Sequence record: NC_061450.1
DNA length: 64,000 bases
Reading direction: 5' to 3' (one strand)
In this document: positions 1 through 9,006 of the stretch, piece by piece
Numbering within the stretch: the stretch's first letter is position 1
How the letters are laid out: each line of letters starts with the position of its first letter
Notes under the pieces: generated by a model
Told to the model about the DNA's origin: nothing
Seen by the model: only the letters and a program-made list of their open reading frames with translations
The model's database searches: none
Program-made: the position numbers and the translations under genes

Positions 1-2
1 TG

Positions 3-152
3 GACGACGCCGTGCGCTTCCGTGCTGCCGTCAAAAAGATTGCCGATGTTGAAATTCAATTAGGCACAACGCTGCGCCTCACTCCCAAGAAGTATCTTGG
101 CTTTTGCGCGGCGCTGAAAAAACTTAAACAGTCTGGAGATAAAAATGTCTGA
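3..152 (+). CDS. 3' end of hypothetical protein (partial, runs off window start)
   Basis: Open frame from position 3 to TGA at 150-152, overlapping the ATG at 145. Confidence 0.6.
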   Translation, partial: DDAVRFRAAVKKIADVEIQLGTTLRLTPKKYLGFCAALKKLKQSGDKNV

Positions 153-1884
153 GATTACGCTGGAGCAGTATAAGGAGTTGCGTGCGCGTAACATTCTTGC
201 AGAGCCACCTTTTCTCGTTATCAACAAAACAAGTCCGCAGGGTTCAATCAGTTTTGAAGTTGTAGGCGATAACCTCAAATCGAAAACTGTTACCCTGCCA
301 GCATCGTATGCCTCTGTTGACCTGACGCACGTTGCCAGCGTTGATGCCCTGTTGTCCAGCTCAAGCCTCAAAGCATTGCTGGATAAAAACATGGTAGCAA
401 TCGTTAACGCTGACCAGATCGTTCCGCCTGTAAAAGCAATTGACCAGCCTACAGTTGATGCTGTGAATGCTGGTGGAACTGTTATCAGCGGTACCACTGT
501 TCCCAACGCAACAGTAATCGTGATGCAGGGTACCAACACGTGGCGCGGTGCATCTGACCCAAGTGGTCGCTTCTCAATTCCAATCTCGGGCCTGGTCGAA
601 GGTGATTACACCATCATGATCAGTGCGGAAGGCTATCAGACTCAGGGCTTCACGTTTACCGCTGGTCCAGTGGTTGAACAAGCATACCCTGCTGTCACTG
701 ACATTCAAGGTGAATATCGTGGAACGCATGTTACGGGCACCACAGTTCCTGACGCTGATGTATCTGCTACTTTTGGGGGCAAATCCTACGACGCTACTGC
801 CAACAGCAACGGCGCGTTTGATATTACCACCGACCCGCTGCCATTCGAGCCTGTCACTCTGACGTTTGCCGCCGAGGGCTACACAACTCATGAGCAGACC
901 TTCACACCAGCCGCAATCGAAATGACTGGTCTGTCTGTCAGCAAGCCTGAGTTCTTTGACACAGAGATCACTGGCTCAAGCGTTGCAGGCGAAGAAGATC
1001 TGGTAGTCATGGTTGCTCCTGATGGTCAGCAAGAAGTGCAGGCCGAAGTTGCAACTGACGGCACGTACAAGGCAACCATTCAGCCTCTGAAAGGCAGTGT
1101 GAAAGTCTATGCCAATGCTCCTGGCTATCGTCAGTCCGAAGTTACTGCACAGCCTGATCGCGGTACTCTGGGTAATGTGACTGTTGAAAGTGTTAGCGAG
1201 ACTTCTACTGAACTGCGTGGTAGTGTGGCTGGTATCAACAGCGCTGCCGGTGCAACGGTTGAAGTTGTGACTGAGGCGGGACAGACTAACGGCGTGGTAA
1301 ATGCTGACGGTTCATTTGTTGTGCCTAACGTGAACTTCTCCAAAGGCACAACAGGTACTGTTACAGTCAAGTCTGATTTCTATCAGGACAAGACAACCAA
1401 GTTTGATATCCTGAAGGACTTCTCAACGTTCACTATCGACCGTGCCGTTGAAGGCAATCCTGTTACTGGTACCACTGAGCCCAGCGCTAACATCGTCCTG
1501 ACTCAGAGCAACAACACCGCATCTGGTACATCAAACACTGATGGCCAGTACGCTATCGACTTCCCAGAAGTTGTTTCTGGTGAGTTGCAGGTAGACCTCA
1601 GCAAGCCGGGCTTTGCGCCTGAGCAGATTGAAGTACGCGTTGAAGTTGAAACGCGTCTGGTACTCAACCCTGTTGCGGTTGATGCTGCGTCTATCACAGG
1701 TCAAGGCACGCCTAACGCAGACGTTACCTTTACACAGGGTGCAAACACTGCAACTGGTAAAGTCGGCACCGACGGTCAACTTGACCTGCCTCTGACTTCT
1801 AACGTAGTTGCTGGTGAGTATACCGTAACTGCAAGTTTGTCTGGTTATGAAACCAAGACTTTGACTGAAACTGTTTCTGCTTAA
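145..1884 (+). CDS. Putative virion protein with six tandem Ig-like (bacterial Ig/carboxypeptidase-regulatory-like) domains
   Basis: 579 aa; GGAG RBS; six ~80-aa beta-rich repeats of pattern (I/V)TGTT.P.A.V...G...DG.(F/Y).I...GY; N-terminal ~90-aa domain shared with next ORF. Confidence 0.75.
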   Translation: MSEITLEQYKELRARNILAEPPFLVINKTSPQGSISFEVVGDNLKSKTVTLPASYASVDLTHVASVDALLSSSSLKALLDKNMVAIVNADQIVPPVKAIDQPTVDAVNAGGTVISGTTVPNATVIVMQGTNTWRGASDPSGRFSIPISGLVEGDYTIMISAEGYQTQGFTFTAGPVVEQAYPAVTDIQGEYRGTHVTGTTVPDADVSATFGGKSYDATANSNGAFDITTDPLPFEPVTLTFAAEGYTTHEQTFTPAAIEMTGLSVSKPEFFDTEITGSSVAGEEDLVVMVAPDGQQEVQAEVATDGTYKATIQPLKGSVKVYANAPGYRQSEVTAQPDRGTLGNVTVESVSETSTELRGSVAGINSAAGATVEVVTEAGQTNGVVNADGSFVVPNVNFSKGTTGTVTVKSDFYQDKTTKFDILKDFSTFTIDRAVEGNPVTGTTEPSANIVLTQSNNTASGTSNTDGQYAIDFPEVVSGELQVDLSKPGFAPEQIEVRVEVETRLVLNPVAVDAASITGQGTPNADVTFTQGANTATGKVGTDGQLDLPLTSNVVAGEYTVTASLSGYETKTLTETVSA

Positions 1885-1952
1885 CCGCAGACTGTCTTTA
1901 AAACTAATGGGAGTCCCTGTGGCTCCCCAAAACAATTTATCGGAGAGTACCC

Positions 1953-2627
1953 ATGGCTAAAGTAAAACCCATTACCCTGCGTCAGTATATGGATGACACT
2001 GACCTCAGCAAGGCACCAAGCCTGTTTGTTATCAACCGTACTTCTACGGTCGAAGAATCGCTGGGTAATATCAGCTTCTCCTGTCTGAACGACATGGGAC
2101 AGCAGTCAAGCGTTACCATTCATGCTACCGGCATTCCTCTGGACCTGACTTCACAGGTACCTGCTGAGAACCTGGTGCGTAGCTCGCACTTCCGCCGCAT
2201 CCTTGAAAAAGGTCAGGCCAGAATCGTTACCACTGAAAGCGCACTGACTTACATCAAAGAAAGTCCTGTGTATCAGGAAGAGTATGATCGCGTTTACAAC
2301 ATTCAGCGTGCCGAAGATGCAGACTTCAACGGTCGTGGCAGTCGCAGCGAAAGCGATGAAGAGATTGATCTGGACGGCGGTCTGGGTTCACGTCGCAAAA
2401 AACCAATCATGGAAGGCGAAGACTATTCGTCCAACATGTTTGTCAATGCGTTCATCCATCACTGCAACGACGACAGCTACACCGACAAGATGCTGAGCTC
2501 CGAGTTCCTGTCTAAGGGCATGGCTCTGCCGCGTCGTGAGCTGGAAATTCTGATGAAGAACGTCAACCGCCAAGAGATTCGTGATCTGGTTGTTCAGGTC
2601 ATTGAAGATCTGCCGGAAGGCGAATAA
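1953..2627 (+). CDS. Hypothetical protein, N-terminal domain paralogous to 145..1884
   Basis: 224 aa; GGAG RBS; ITLRQY/VINRTS/GNISF/LDLT align with ITLEQY/VINKTS/GSISF/VDLT. Confidence 0.8.
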   Translation: MAKVKPITLRQYMDDTDLSKAPSLFVINRTSTVEESLGNISFSCLNDMGQQSSVTIHATGIPLDLTSQVPAENLVRSSHFRRILEKGQARIVTTESALTYIKESPVYQEEYDRVYNIQRAEDADFNGRGSRSESDEEIDLDGGLGSRRKKPIMEGEDYSSNMFVNAFIHHCNDDSYTDKMLSSEFLSKGMALPRRELEILMKNVNRQEIRDLVVQVIEDLPEGE

Positions 2628-2631
2628 AGAT

Positions 2632-2670
2632 AAAAAAAAAGGGAGGCCCCGTAAGGAGTCTCCCTTTTCT
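2632..2670. terminator. Bidirectional intrinsic terminator
   Basis: A9-GGGAGGC...GTCTCCC-TTTT between convergent genes. Confidence 0.8.
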
Positions 2671-2682
2671 ATTACTACAGAC

Positions 2683-3774
2683 TCATTCGCGTTTCTCTTT
2701 TACTTTCTTTACCGTTTTCTTTTTGCTGACTACTTTCTCTGCGGGCTTTCTGTTCCAACCCAACTTCTTTGCAGGAATCAAACATGCCTTGCCATGCTTT
2801 TCTTTGAGTGCTGCTTTTACTTCACGAATGATTTCAATCGGACAGTTGTCGGGGTCCAGCTTAATCAATTCACCTTTCGCATTGAACTCACGAGGTAGTT
2901 TGAAGTGGCGCACCTTAACTCCACTTGCCTTGAATGCCTCCTGAATCTTGTTACGCAACAGCTTGCCGCCACCATCATTGTCCGTCATTGTATAGCAGGT
3001 ACTCGCTCCCAACATTTCAATGCTGCGCACCTTTGTCACGCCAAACTGCTCAGCACCCAACACTGCCAACGCCGGTATGCCGTATGACAACAATGCGAGA
3101 GCATCGCGTGGACCTTCTACCATCACAACATAGGTCAAGTTGAACTTCTTCATCATCTTGCGCGTCAGTTCAATCGGGAACAAGCCTTTCTCTTTTGCCC
3201 AATCGCCATTTGAGTTTACATAGCTGGTGCCGTTCATCTGCTTCCTGAGATATGCAGCAACACCACCTATGTATTTCGAACCATGCTTACACGGAAAGAA
3301 ACAAACGTTGCTGCCTGTGCGCTGTGCGTTCAACAATCCACCAGCAGCATTCACCAAAGCTCCTGGATAACCACGCCACTCAACATCTTCCGGCCATTCC
3401 ATGTAGCTGTTTCTGCCCAGTGCTTTCATCAACAGCGCAACTGATGCATACGTGCCGACACGATTCTCAATCCTGTCATACGTCTTGACCAAAGCACTCA
3501 GGGAGTTCTCACTGGCGTCTTTGAACTTCCACTCTTTGATCACATGCAGATTGCAGTGCTCTGCTATCTTGTTCCACTGGCCTTTCTCACCGCAACCAAA
3601 GCAGTGGAAAAAGCCCAGAGGTATCTCCATGCCGACAGAAGTATAAATGCCGCAGCTTGGAGTTTTATCATTGTGAAAAGGACAGCACACCATCACTGTG
3701 TCGCCGTTGTATTTCTTGTCACCAGGAATCTTGCCAATCTCTTCCATGATTGTTTGGTGTATATCTTGTGACAT
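2683..3774 (-). CDS. DNA primase (DnaG-type, Zn finger + TOPRIM)
   Basis: CCPFHNDKTPSC...FHCFGCG zinc-binding domain; TOPRIM motifs VMVEGPRDAL and TDNDGGG. Confidence 0.9.
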   Translation of the reverse strand: MSQDIHQTIMEEIGKIPGDKKYNGDTVMVCCPFHNDKTPSCGIYTSVGMEIPLGFFHCFGCGEKGQWNKIAEHCNLHVIKEWKFKDASENSLSALVKTYDRIENRVGTYASVALLMKALGRNSYMEWPEDVEWRGYPGALVNAAGGLLNAQRTGSNVCFFPCKHGSKYIGGVAAYLRKQMNGTSYVNSNGDWAKEKGLFPIELTRKMMKKFNLTYVVMVEGPRDALALLSYGIPALAVLGAEQFGVTKVRSIEMLGASTCYTMTDNDGGGKLLRNKIQEAFKASGVKVRHFKLPREFNAKGELIKLDPDNCPIEIIREVKAALKEKHGKACLIPAKKLGWNRKPAEKVVSKKKTVKKVKEKRE

Positions 3775-3817
3775 AATCACACCTGTTTGCTTAATTTAAA
3801 CGAACGATAATAAACAC

Positions 3818-3826
3818 TATTTACAG
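3818..3826 (-). promoter_or_regulatory. CTGTAAATA motif upstream of primase (candidate phage-sigma promoter)
   Basis: Reverse complement of TATTTACAG in the divergent intergenic gap. Confidence 0.45.
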
Positions 3827-3843
3827 TATCTAGGAGCGTGATT

Positions 3844-4152
3844 ATGCAGCAAGTATTCGCCACCAACCTGTCACGCCGCTACTATGACGCTCACTGGCTC
3901 AAGCTGTGTCGTCAGTTGGGGCTGGATGCTCAGCGTGATGGAGCATTCAACGGTGACACAATGATAGGCTTGAAAATCGATCTGCCTACCTTTGAATCTA
4001 TCTTGCCCAAGCTGGCCCACCTGAATCGAGTACAGGACAAAGTTGAAAACGAGGTACCTTACAGCGTATACCTGTTTGGCACGCGTCGTTATCGTTTTGT
4101 AAAGTTCAAGCAATACTGCGCTATAACCGAGGTATCAAATGAGGACGTTTGA
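3844..4152 (+). CDS. Hypothetical protein
   Basis: ORF with AGGAG RBS 7 nt before ATG 3844. Confidence 0.7.
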   Translation: MQQVFATNLSRRYYDAHWLKLCRQLGLDAQRDGAFNGDTMIGLKIDLPTFESILPKLAHLNRVQDKVENEVPYSVYLFGTRRYRFVKFKQYCAITEVSNEDV

Positions 4153-5221
4153 TAAAGTACCCAAGTATATGGACAACAGGCAGTTAAGTCGTATTGGCAG
4201 AATGATCGACGCAGCCCTTGATCACACGGTCAAGGAACGTCGTGAGTACATCAAAAAGCGTGTCAGTCCCTCAATGTTTCCTGTGTGCAGCGTGCTGGAG
4301 TATGCCAAGCTGCTTTACTCGAAACACAACAAGGCAATGACAGGCGAATCTGGTACCATGCTCAACATCTTTGCCAAAGCTGGTACAGGCATGCATGAAT
4401 CTGTGCAGAATGCTTTGGGTGCCAGCGGGCAGATGGTCGGGCATTGGAAGTGTCAGAACAGAAAGTGCGAAGAACACCACAAGACAAAAGATGTGTGGCG
4501 TGACGGCAAACGAGTCAAGAAGGGCAAGTTCACCCGTACCCGCTCCACGAATCACCTTTGTCCAAAGTGCAAACAGCCTATGGCTTACGTTGAACTCAAG
4601 GTACTCTATAAGTCCCTCAAAGGATATGTTGATGGTCTTATTGATAACCTCGATGGCACGTACAGCATCATTGACCTCAAGTCCACTACGGTCACCAAGG
4701 CTAGTGATGGCACGTTCTTTGTTAAGTACCACAGATATCAGATTGCAACCTACGCATACATCTTGAGTGCCCGTTACGGCTACAACATCCGTGACTACAC
4801 TCTGGTTTATGTGCCTCGTGACAATCCTAAAAAGTTTGTAGAAAAGAGTTTTGTGTATGACGAAGCCGAGGCCAAGACGGCGCGTGACTTTATGATGCGT
4901 CAGATCAATGCTTGGGATTCCTCAGTACGCAGCATCCAGCGTGGTGACCCTCGCGAAGCAATCAAACTCAAGCCATGCAAATCTGAAAAGCAATACTTTG
5001 AAGAAATGCACAGCGACTACAACCCATGTCCGTTGGTCAATCACTGCTTTATCACCTCGCACCTGACAAAGTTCCTTGAAGACCTTGAGCAGACAATCCT
5101 GGCCAATCCTGATTTGACCTACACAGAGATTGTTAGCCCACGCAAAGCTCAGGAGCAGGGACTGGTCAAGAAAAAGAACTTCCGCGAGAAGACTAAGGTA
5201 GTAAAACAATTTGAGCTTTGA
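4139..5221 (+). CDS. PD-(D/E)XK nuclease, Cas4/RecB-like exonuclease
   Basis: GYVDGL...IIDLKST catalytic motif, YQIATYAY (QxxxY) motif, Cys clusters (CSVLE, WKCQNRKC, CPKC, CPLVNHC). Confidence 0.75.
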   Translation: MRTFDKVPKYMDNRQLSRIGRMIDAALDHTVKERREYIKKRVSPSMFPVCSVLEYAKLLYSKHNKAMTGESGTMLNIFAKAGTGMHESVQNALGASGQMVGHWKCQNRKCEEHHKTKDVWRDGKRVKKGKFTRTRSTNHLCPKCKQPMAYVELKVLYKSLKGYVDGLIDNLDGTYSIIDLKSTTVTKASDGTFFVKYHRYQIATYAYILSARYGYNIRDYTLVYVPRDNPKKFVEKSFVYDEAEAKTARDFMMRQINAWDSSVRSIQRGDPREAIKLKPCKSEKQYFEEMHSDYNPCPLVNHCFITSHLTKFLEDLEQTILANPDLTYTEIVSPRKAQEQGLVKKKNFREKTKVVKQFEL

Positions 5222-5223
5222 CT

Positions 5224-5628
5224 ATGCGTAAAGAATTTGACAAGTCGATTTCCCGCATACGCGAGGCGATCAACACAATGGAGTTTGTGGGCAAAGACTG
5301 TGAGGACATGAGGCAATTGCTGTCATGCCTCAAGCACCCACGCTCCATCAGTGACCGCAGCTATTGTACCGTTGTGATGTTGGCCAGCCACGTTTGTGTG
5401 ACCGTGAGTCGTTACTACGAAGACATAAACCAGATGGACGTCAAACGTAACATGCTGCAAAACAAACTCTATACACCTGAGATCGGTAACAAGCTAGGCA
5501 GATTGCAACACGCCAGAGAAATCGTGGAGCGCAATGTTGATTGCTACAGGCAGTTGTTGACGTACCGCTGCCTTGCTGTCAAAAACATCTGCGACAACGT
5601 GCCGTTCAAAAACCGATACTACAGATAG
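5224..5628 (+). CDS. Hypothetical protein
   Basis: ORF tiling between neighbours. Confidence 0.7.
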   Translation: MRKEFDKSISRIREAINTMEFVGKDCEDMRQLLSCLKHPRSISDRSYCTVVMLASHVCVTVSRYYEDINQMDVKRNMLQNKLYTPEIGNKLGRLQHAREIVERNVDCYRQLLTYRCLAVKNICDNVPFKNRYYR

Positions 5629-5638
5629 GAGAACTCCC

Positions 5639-6181
5639 TTGGAAATTTTCGTAAGCATGAGCGCCCCTGCAACGGATAAAGACCGTTACAAGATGGGCAG
5701 CAGTGACGGCCAAACAGGTCGTGCAGATCTCAGTGAATACACCAATCTGGAGAAGAAACTTCGCATCAACGATGAAGCCGCAGAAAAGCAAAAGATGGCT
5801 AAACAGGCTAGTGGCGACAATTCTGTAAATAAGAAGAAAGCAGCCACTAAACCTAACAGCGATTCAGACAAGTCTGGAGGCGACGATGCAGAAGAAGACG
5901 AAGGATTCGGCGAGGACGATGACGACGGATTCGGCGACGACGACACAGATGGATTTGAATCTGATGATGGAGACGACTCCGATGCAGGAGACGATAGCTC
6001 AGACGATTCTGCCGATGATTCAGCAGATAGCAAGCCCAAGAAGGGTGCAGGAAAGAAATCAAAATCCGATGATGAAGATGGATCTGACGAATCCTCAGGT
6101 GATGAGGGGTCTGACGATGATGCGGATGATTCAGGAGAAGATGATGACGAGGAGCTTGACGAAAGCGACTTGGAAGAGTGA
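5639..6181 (+). CDS. Highly acidic low-complexity protein with MEIFVSMS leader
   Basis: TTG start 5639 after TAGGAG RBS; Asp/Glu/Ser/Gly-rich C-terminal two thirds. Confidence 0.7.
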   Translation: MEIFVSMSAPATDKDRYKMGSSDGQTGRADLSEYTNLEKKLRINDEAAEKQKMAKQASGDNSVNKKKAATKPNSDSDKSGGDDAEEDEGFGEDDDDGFGDDDTDGFESDDGDDSDAGDDSSDDSADDSADSKPKKGAGKKSKSDDEDGSDESSGDEGSDDDADDSGEDDDEELDESDLEE

Positions 6182-6644
6182 CGTTGAACAGTACGAGGCC
6201 CTGCGCGATTGCTTGATTGCCTTGACGTACAGCCTCAAGATCATGACATACCCTGGTATCAGCGCAGCCATCCGTCAGCACAACGACTTGCTGGTCATGA
6301 GCAACATCTGGTTCACAGGTAAGCCCGCTGACCAGTGGCGCTTTTACTCCATGAATCAAGATGGCGTTCGTAATCTGACTTGGCTTGTAAATCAGTTCAC
6401 AGGCATTGCTGCTTACTTTGGTCTGACAGGCGTTATCCACAGCTATCACGCATGTAACGCCGAACCTCGTATGTCGTCTATACTTGCTCGATACAATCAT
6501 GCTATTCGTGATCGTGCTCAGTGGCAGCGTAGCCGACAACTCGAATCTCGTCACCAAGAATTTAATCTCCCTAGAACAGCCTTTTATGTATTGAGGGAAA
6601 AATCTACAAATGGCCAAGTACAAATCACTGGCGAAGGCTCCTAA
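6144..6644 (+). CDS. Hypothetical protein (start uncertain)
   Basis: Normal-complexity 3' part of ORF 5886..6644; ATG 6144 has CAGGAG upstream. Confidence 0.5.
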   Translation: MTRSLTKATWKSDVEQYEALRDCLIALTYSLKIMTYPGISAAIRQHNDLLVMSNIWFTGKPADQWRFYSMNQDGVRNLTWLVNQFTGIAAYFGLTGVIHSYHACNAEPRMSSILARYNHAIRDRAQWQRSRQLESRHQEFNLPRTAFYVLREKSTNGQVQITGEGS

Positions 6645-7266
6645 AAAGAGCGCAGCCGCAAAGGCCGCTGAGGAACGTGCAAAAGGAATGCGACAAGTCA
6701 AGCGCGGTAACTATGAACAGGGTGTCAAAACTGTTTCAGCCGCAGGCAAGACTCGTCGCATGACGCAGGGTGAGAAGCGTGCAATTGCTATCACCCCGTT
6801 TACTCCCAAGCAGGTGCCTCAGCCTCCACAAACTGCAAAGACGTTGAAAGGCCTGAGCCTCAACGGTCTGATCAAAGCAAGTCCTCGCCTCATGAAAGAG
6901 AACGCGATGGAGTGCTATGTAACTTCTGTGAAACGTGGCAAGACAGCAAAAGCCCTGCCGTTTATCACAGCCAAAGTCCGACACAAAGATCCCCTGCGTC
7001 CTAACAAGACTGTGCGTTTGCATGAGACGATGATCATTGGTCTGGATGACCCGTTCAAACCCATCACCAAGCAAAAGCGTGTGATGTGTAGCTGTACCTG
7101 CGAGAACTGGGTGTTCATGTGGGAATACGCCAACGCAGAGCACGGCGCAGCGCGTATCATCTACGGCAACGGTGAGCCGCCAGGCTTTACCAACCCAGGT
7201 CATGCACCAGGTCTTTGCAAGCATCTTCTTGCGCTTGCAGACAAAATGAAAATTAACGGGGACTAA
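6610..7266 (+). CDS. SWIM-type zinc-finger protein
   Basis: CSCTC...(long insert)...LCKHLLAL = CxC...CxH pattern; basic N-terminus. Confidence 0.7.
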   Translation: MAKYKSLAKAPKKSAAAKAAEERAKGMRQVKRGNYEQGVKTVSAAGKTRRMTQGEKRAIAITPFTPKQVPQPPQTAKTLKGLSLNGLIKASPRLMKENAMECYVTSVKRGKTAKALPFITAKVRHKDPLRPNKTVRLHETMIIGLDDPFKPITKQKRVMCSCTCENWVFMWEYANAEHGAARIIYGNGEPPGFTNPGHAPGLCKHLLALADKMKINGD

Positions 7267-7271
7267 CTATT

Positions 7272-7454
7272 ATGACCACACAGCAATCCAAAACAAAAGC
7301 CCAGCCTGTTCAAAATCAGTGCATCCAATGTGCTGCCTCAGAAATGATGCAGATGTTGCATCGTGACCTGATGCGTGACGGCTATACCATCAACCGCGAT
7401 CAGCACGGTACTGCCGTTTCAATCTCTAAGAACGGACGTACCATCGAAATCTGA
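7272..7454 (+). CDS. Small hypothetical protein
   Basis: 60-aa ORF tiling between neighbours. Confidence 0.55.
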   Translation: MTTQQSKTKAQPVQNQCIQCAASEMMQMLHRDLMRDGYTINRDQHGTAVSISKNGRTIEI

Positions 7455-7465
7455 TAGGGACAGCA

Positions 7466-8005
7466 ATGCCAGAAGACTTTTATAGCTCAGACACTCACTA
7501 TACGCATGAGCGAACACTGAAACTCAGCCGACGCCCATTCGCCAATGTTACCGACATGGATGAGACCATGATACTGCGTACCAATGCGGCTTGTCGCCAT
7601 GTTGACACGTTGTATCATCTTGGTGATTTTGGTGACTACCGTATAGTGAGTCGTCTTGTTCCTCGTGTCATCCTCATCTGTGGCAACTACGAACACGACG
7701 ATATTAATAAATTTTATGGTGGTGACTTTCAGGAATTCCGTAAACGCCTTATGCAGCTTGGATTTAAAGACGTTATCCTAAACAGCATGGGCCATCGCGG
7801 TATGTGGCTGAATCACTTTCCTAACGGACGTGTTGAAGATCGTTTCAACCTGTTCGGTCACATTCATCGTTTGCAGATGGTCAAGCACAACGGTCTGAAT
7901 GTGGGTGTTGATTGCCATGACTACGCTCCAGTGAGCATGGAAACGGTTGAGTTTTACCGTGACGCCATTCAGAATCACTACGACGACGAGGTGTTTAATC
8001 CATGA
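7466..8005 (+). CDS. Calcineurin-like metallophosphoesterase
   Basis: Motifs SDTHY, HLGDF, CGNYEH, LNHFP, FGHIH, NVGVD. Confidence 0.85.
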   Translation: MPEDFYSSDTHYTHERTLKLSRRPFANVTDMDETMILRTNAACRHVDTLYHLGDFGDYRIVSRLVPRVILICGNYEHDDINKFYGGDFQEFRKRLMQLGFKDVILNSMGHRGMWLNHFPNGRVEDRFNLFGHIHRLQMVKHNGLNVGVDCHDYAPVSMETVEFYRDAIQNHYDDEVFNP

Positions 8006-8256
8006 GAGACTTCTATCCTGTGATCTGTAATCGCTATCGTCTTATTCTGGATGCCGAACCCGTGTGCAATCCTGAGCAGCCCACCAGCTTGGGACACCTT
8101 GTGTGGATGCTTGACCAGATTCAGACAAACACGGAACAAAGCCTGACCAAGAAACATCGCTGGTTGGGATGTGTGCAAGGCATCATGATTGCTCAGGGAA
8201 TGATCACTGTAAATGATGAGCGTGACGCAACACGCAACATCTTTAACGGGAGTTAG
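8002..8256 (+). CDS. Hypothetical phage protein (RWLGxVQG motif)
   Basis: 84 aa, ATGA overlap; KHRWLGCVQG. Confidence 0.7.
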   Translation: MRDFYPVICNRYRLILDAEPVCNPEQPTSLGHLVWMLDQIQTNTEQSLTKKHRWLGCVQGIMIAQGMITVNDERDATRNIFNGS

Positions 8257-8258
8257 CA

Positions 8259-8789
8259 ATGAACAAAAAGCCAGTAGCACGATTTATTCGCGGCATGACT
8301 GCGCCTGTCTCTTCCGAGCTTTTGCCGAATCCTTACCACATCGGTCCTGTTTTTGTTGACGAACTGATTCAGCCTACAGAACTTGGTATTTATCCAGGAC
8401 GTCAGACACCATACGACAAAGACACATCGGTGCTTGCTGCACTTAGTGCTCAGGTCATGGCTCGCATGTTAAGCCAGCAGGTAGCACAGGCTGTTGATAA
8501 AGCATTGCAGCCCAACGTTCCTATTCAGGCCGAAGTCAAGTTTGATCACAGCACAAACGGAATGGATATCGCAATGCATATCCAACACTGGGCGGAAGTT
8601 GTTCGTCAGACTCAGGTCGAAGAAACTGCGGTGCGTGTTCCACCTGAGCTGCGTGATCGCTTCAAAGCTGAGGGCTTTACTGATGACGAACTTGATCGCA
8701 TGGTCGTCTATCCAGAACGCTGCAACCTCACGCCTCCTAATTTAGAAATCGTCTACAAGCTGGACCCTAAAACTGATGGGGTGTCCTAG
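8259..8789 (+). CDS. Hypothetical protein
   Basis: 176-aa ORF in operon. Confidence 0.7.
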   Translation: MNKKPVARFIRGMTAPVSSELLPNPYHIGPVFVDELIQPTELGIYPGRQTPYDKDTSVLAALSAQVMARMLSQQVAQAVDKALQPNVPIQAEVKFDHSTNGMDIAMHIQHWAEVVRQTQVEETAVRVPPELRDRFKAEGFTDDELDRMVVYPERCNLTPPNLEIVYKLDPKTDGVS

Positions 8790-8988
8790 CTGTAGACGTG
8801 TTAGACGAATCTCTTACGGTGGACGTTCAGAAACGTTGGCAGCTCCAGCGCCTGAACCCGAAACCCTGAGTGCAGCACGTCTAACACCTCACGGGTGGGT
8901 AAAGACTTGTACCAAGTGTGGGCAAGTCTCCGACCCTTCACCTTTCGCTGATTCAATCACACAAACGTGTGGTTGCCAACGAGAGTGA
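8776..8988 (+). CDS. Small Cys-rich (zinc ribbon-like) protein
   Basis: CPSC, CTKC, CGC motifs in 70 aa. Confidence 0.5.
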   Translation: MGCPSCRRVRRISYGGRSETLAAPAPEPETLSAARLTPHGWVKTCTKCGQVSDPSPFADSITQTCGCQRE

Positions 8989-9006
8989 TAACGTAAAGGA
9001 AATATA

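Noticed and set aside
1909-1927. Terminator after the Ig-domain gene
   Set aside because: Hairpin GGGAGTC/GGCTCCC has no U-tract on the plus strand; more likely a stabilising or processing stem
4139-5221. CRISPR-Cas locus implied by Cas4-like gene
   Set aside because: No repeat-spacer array or other cas genes seen in the window
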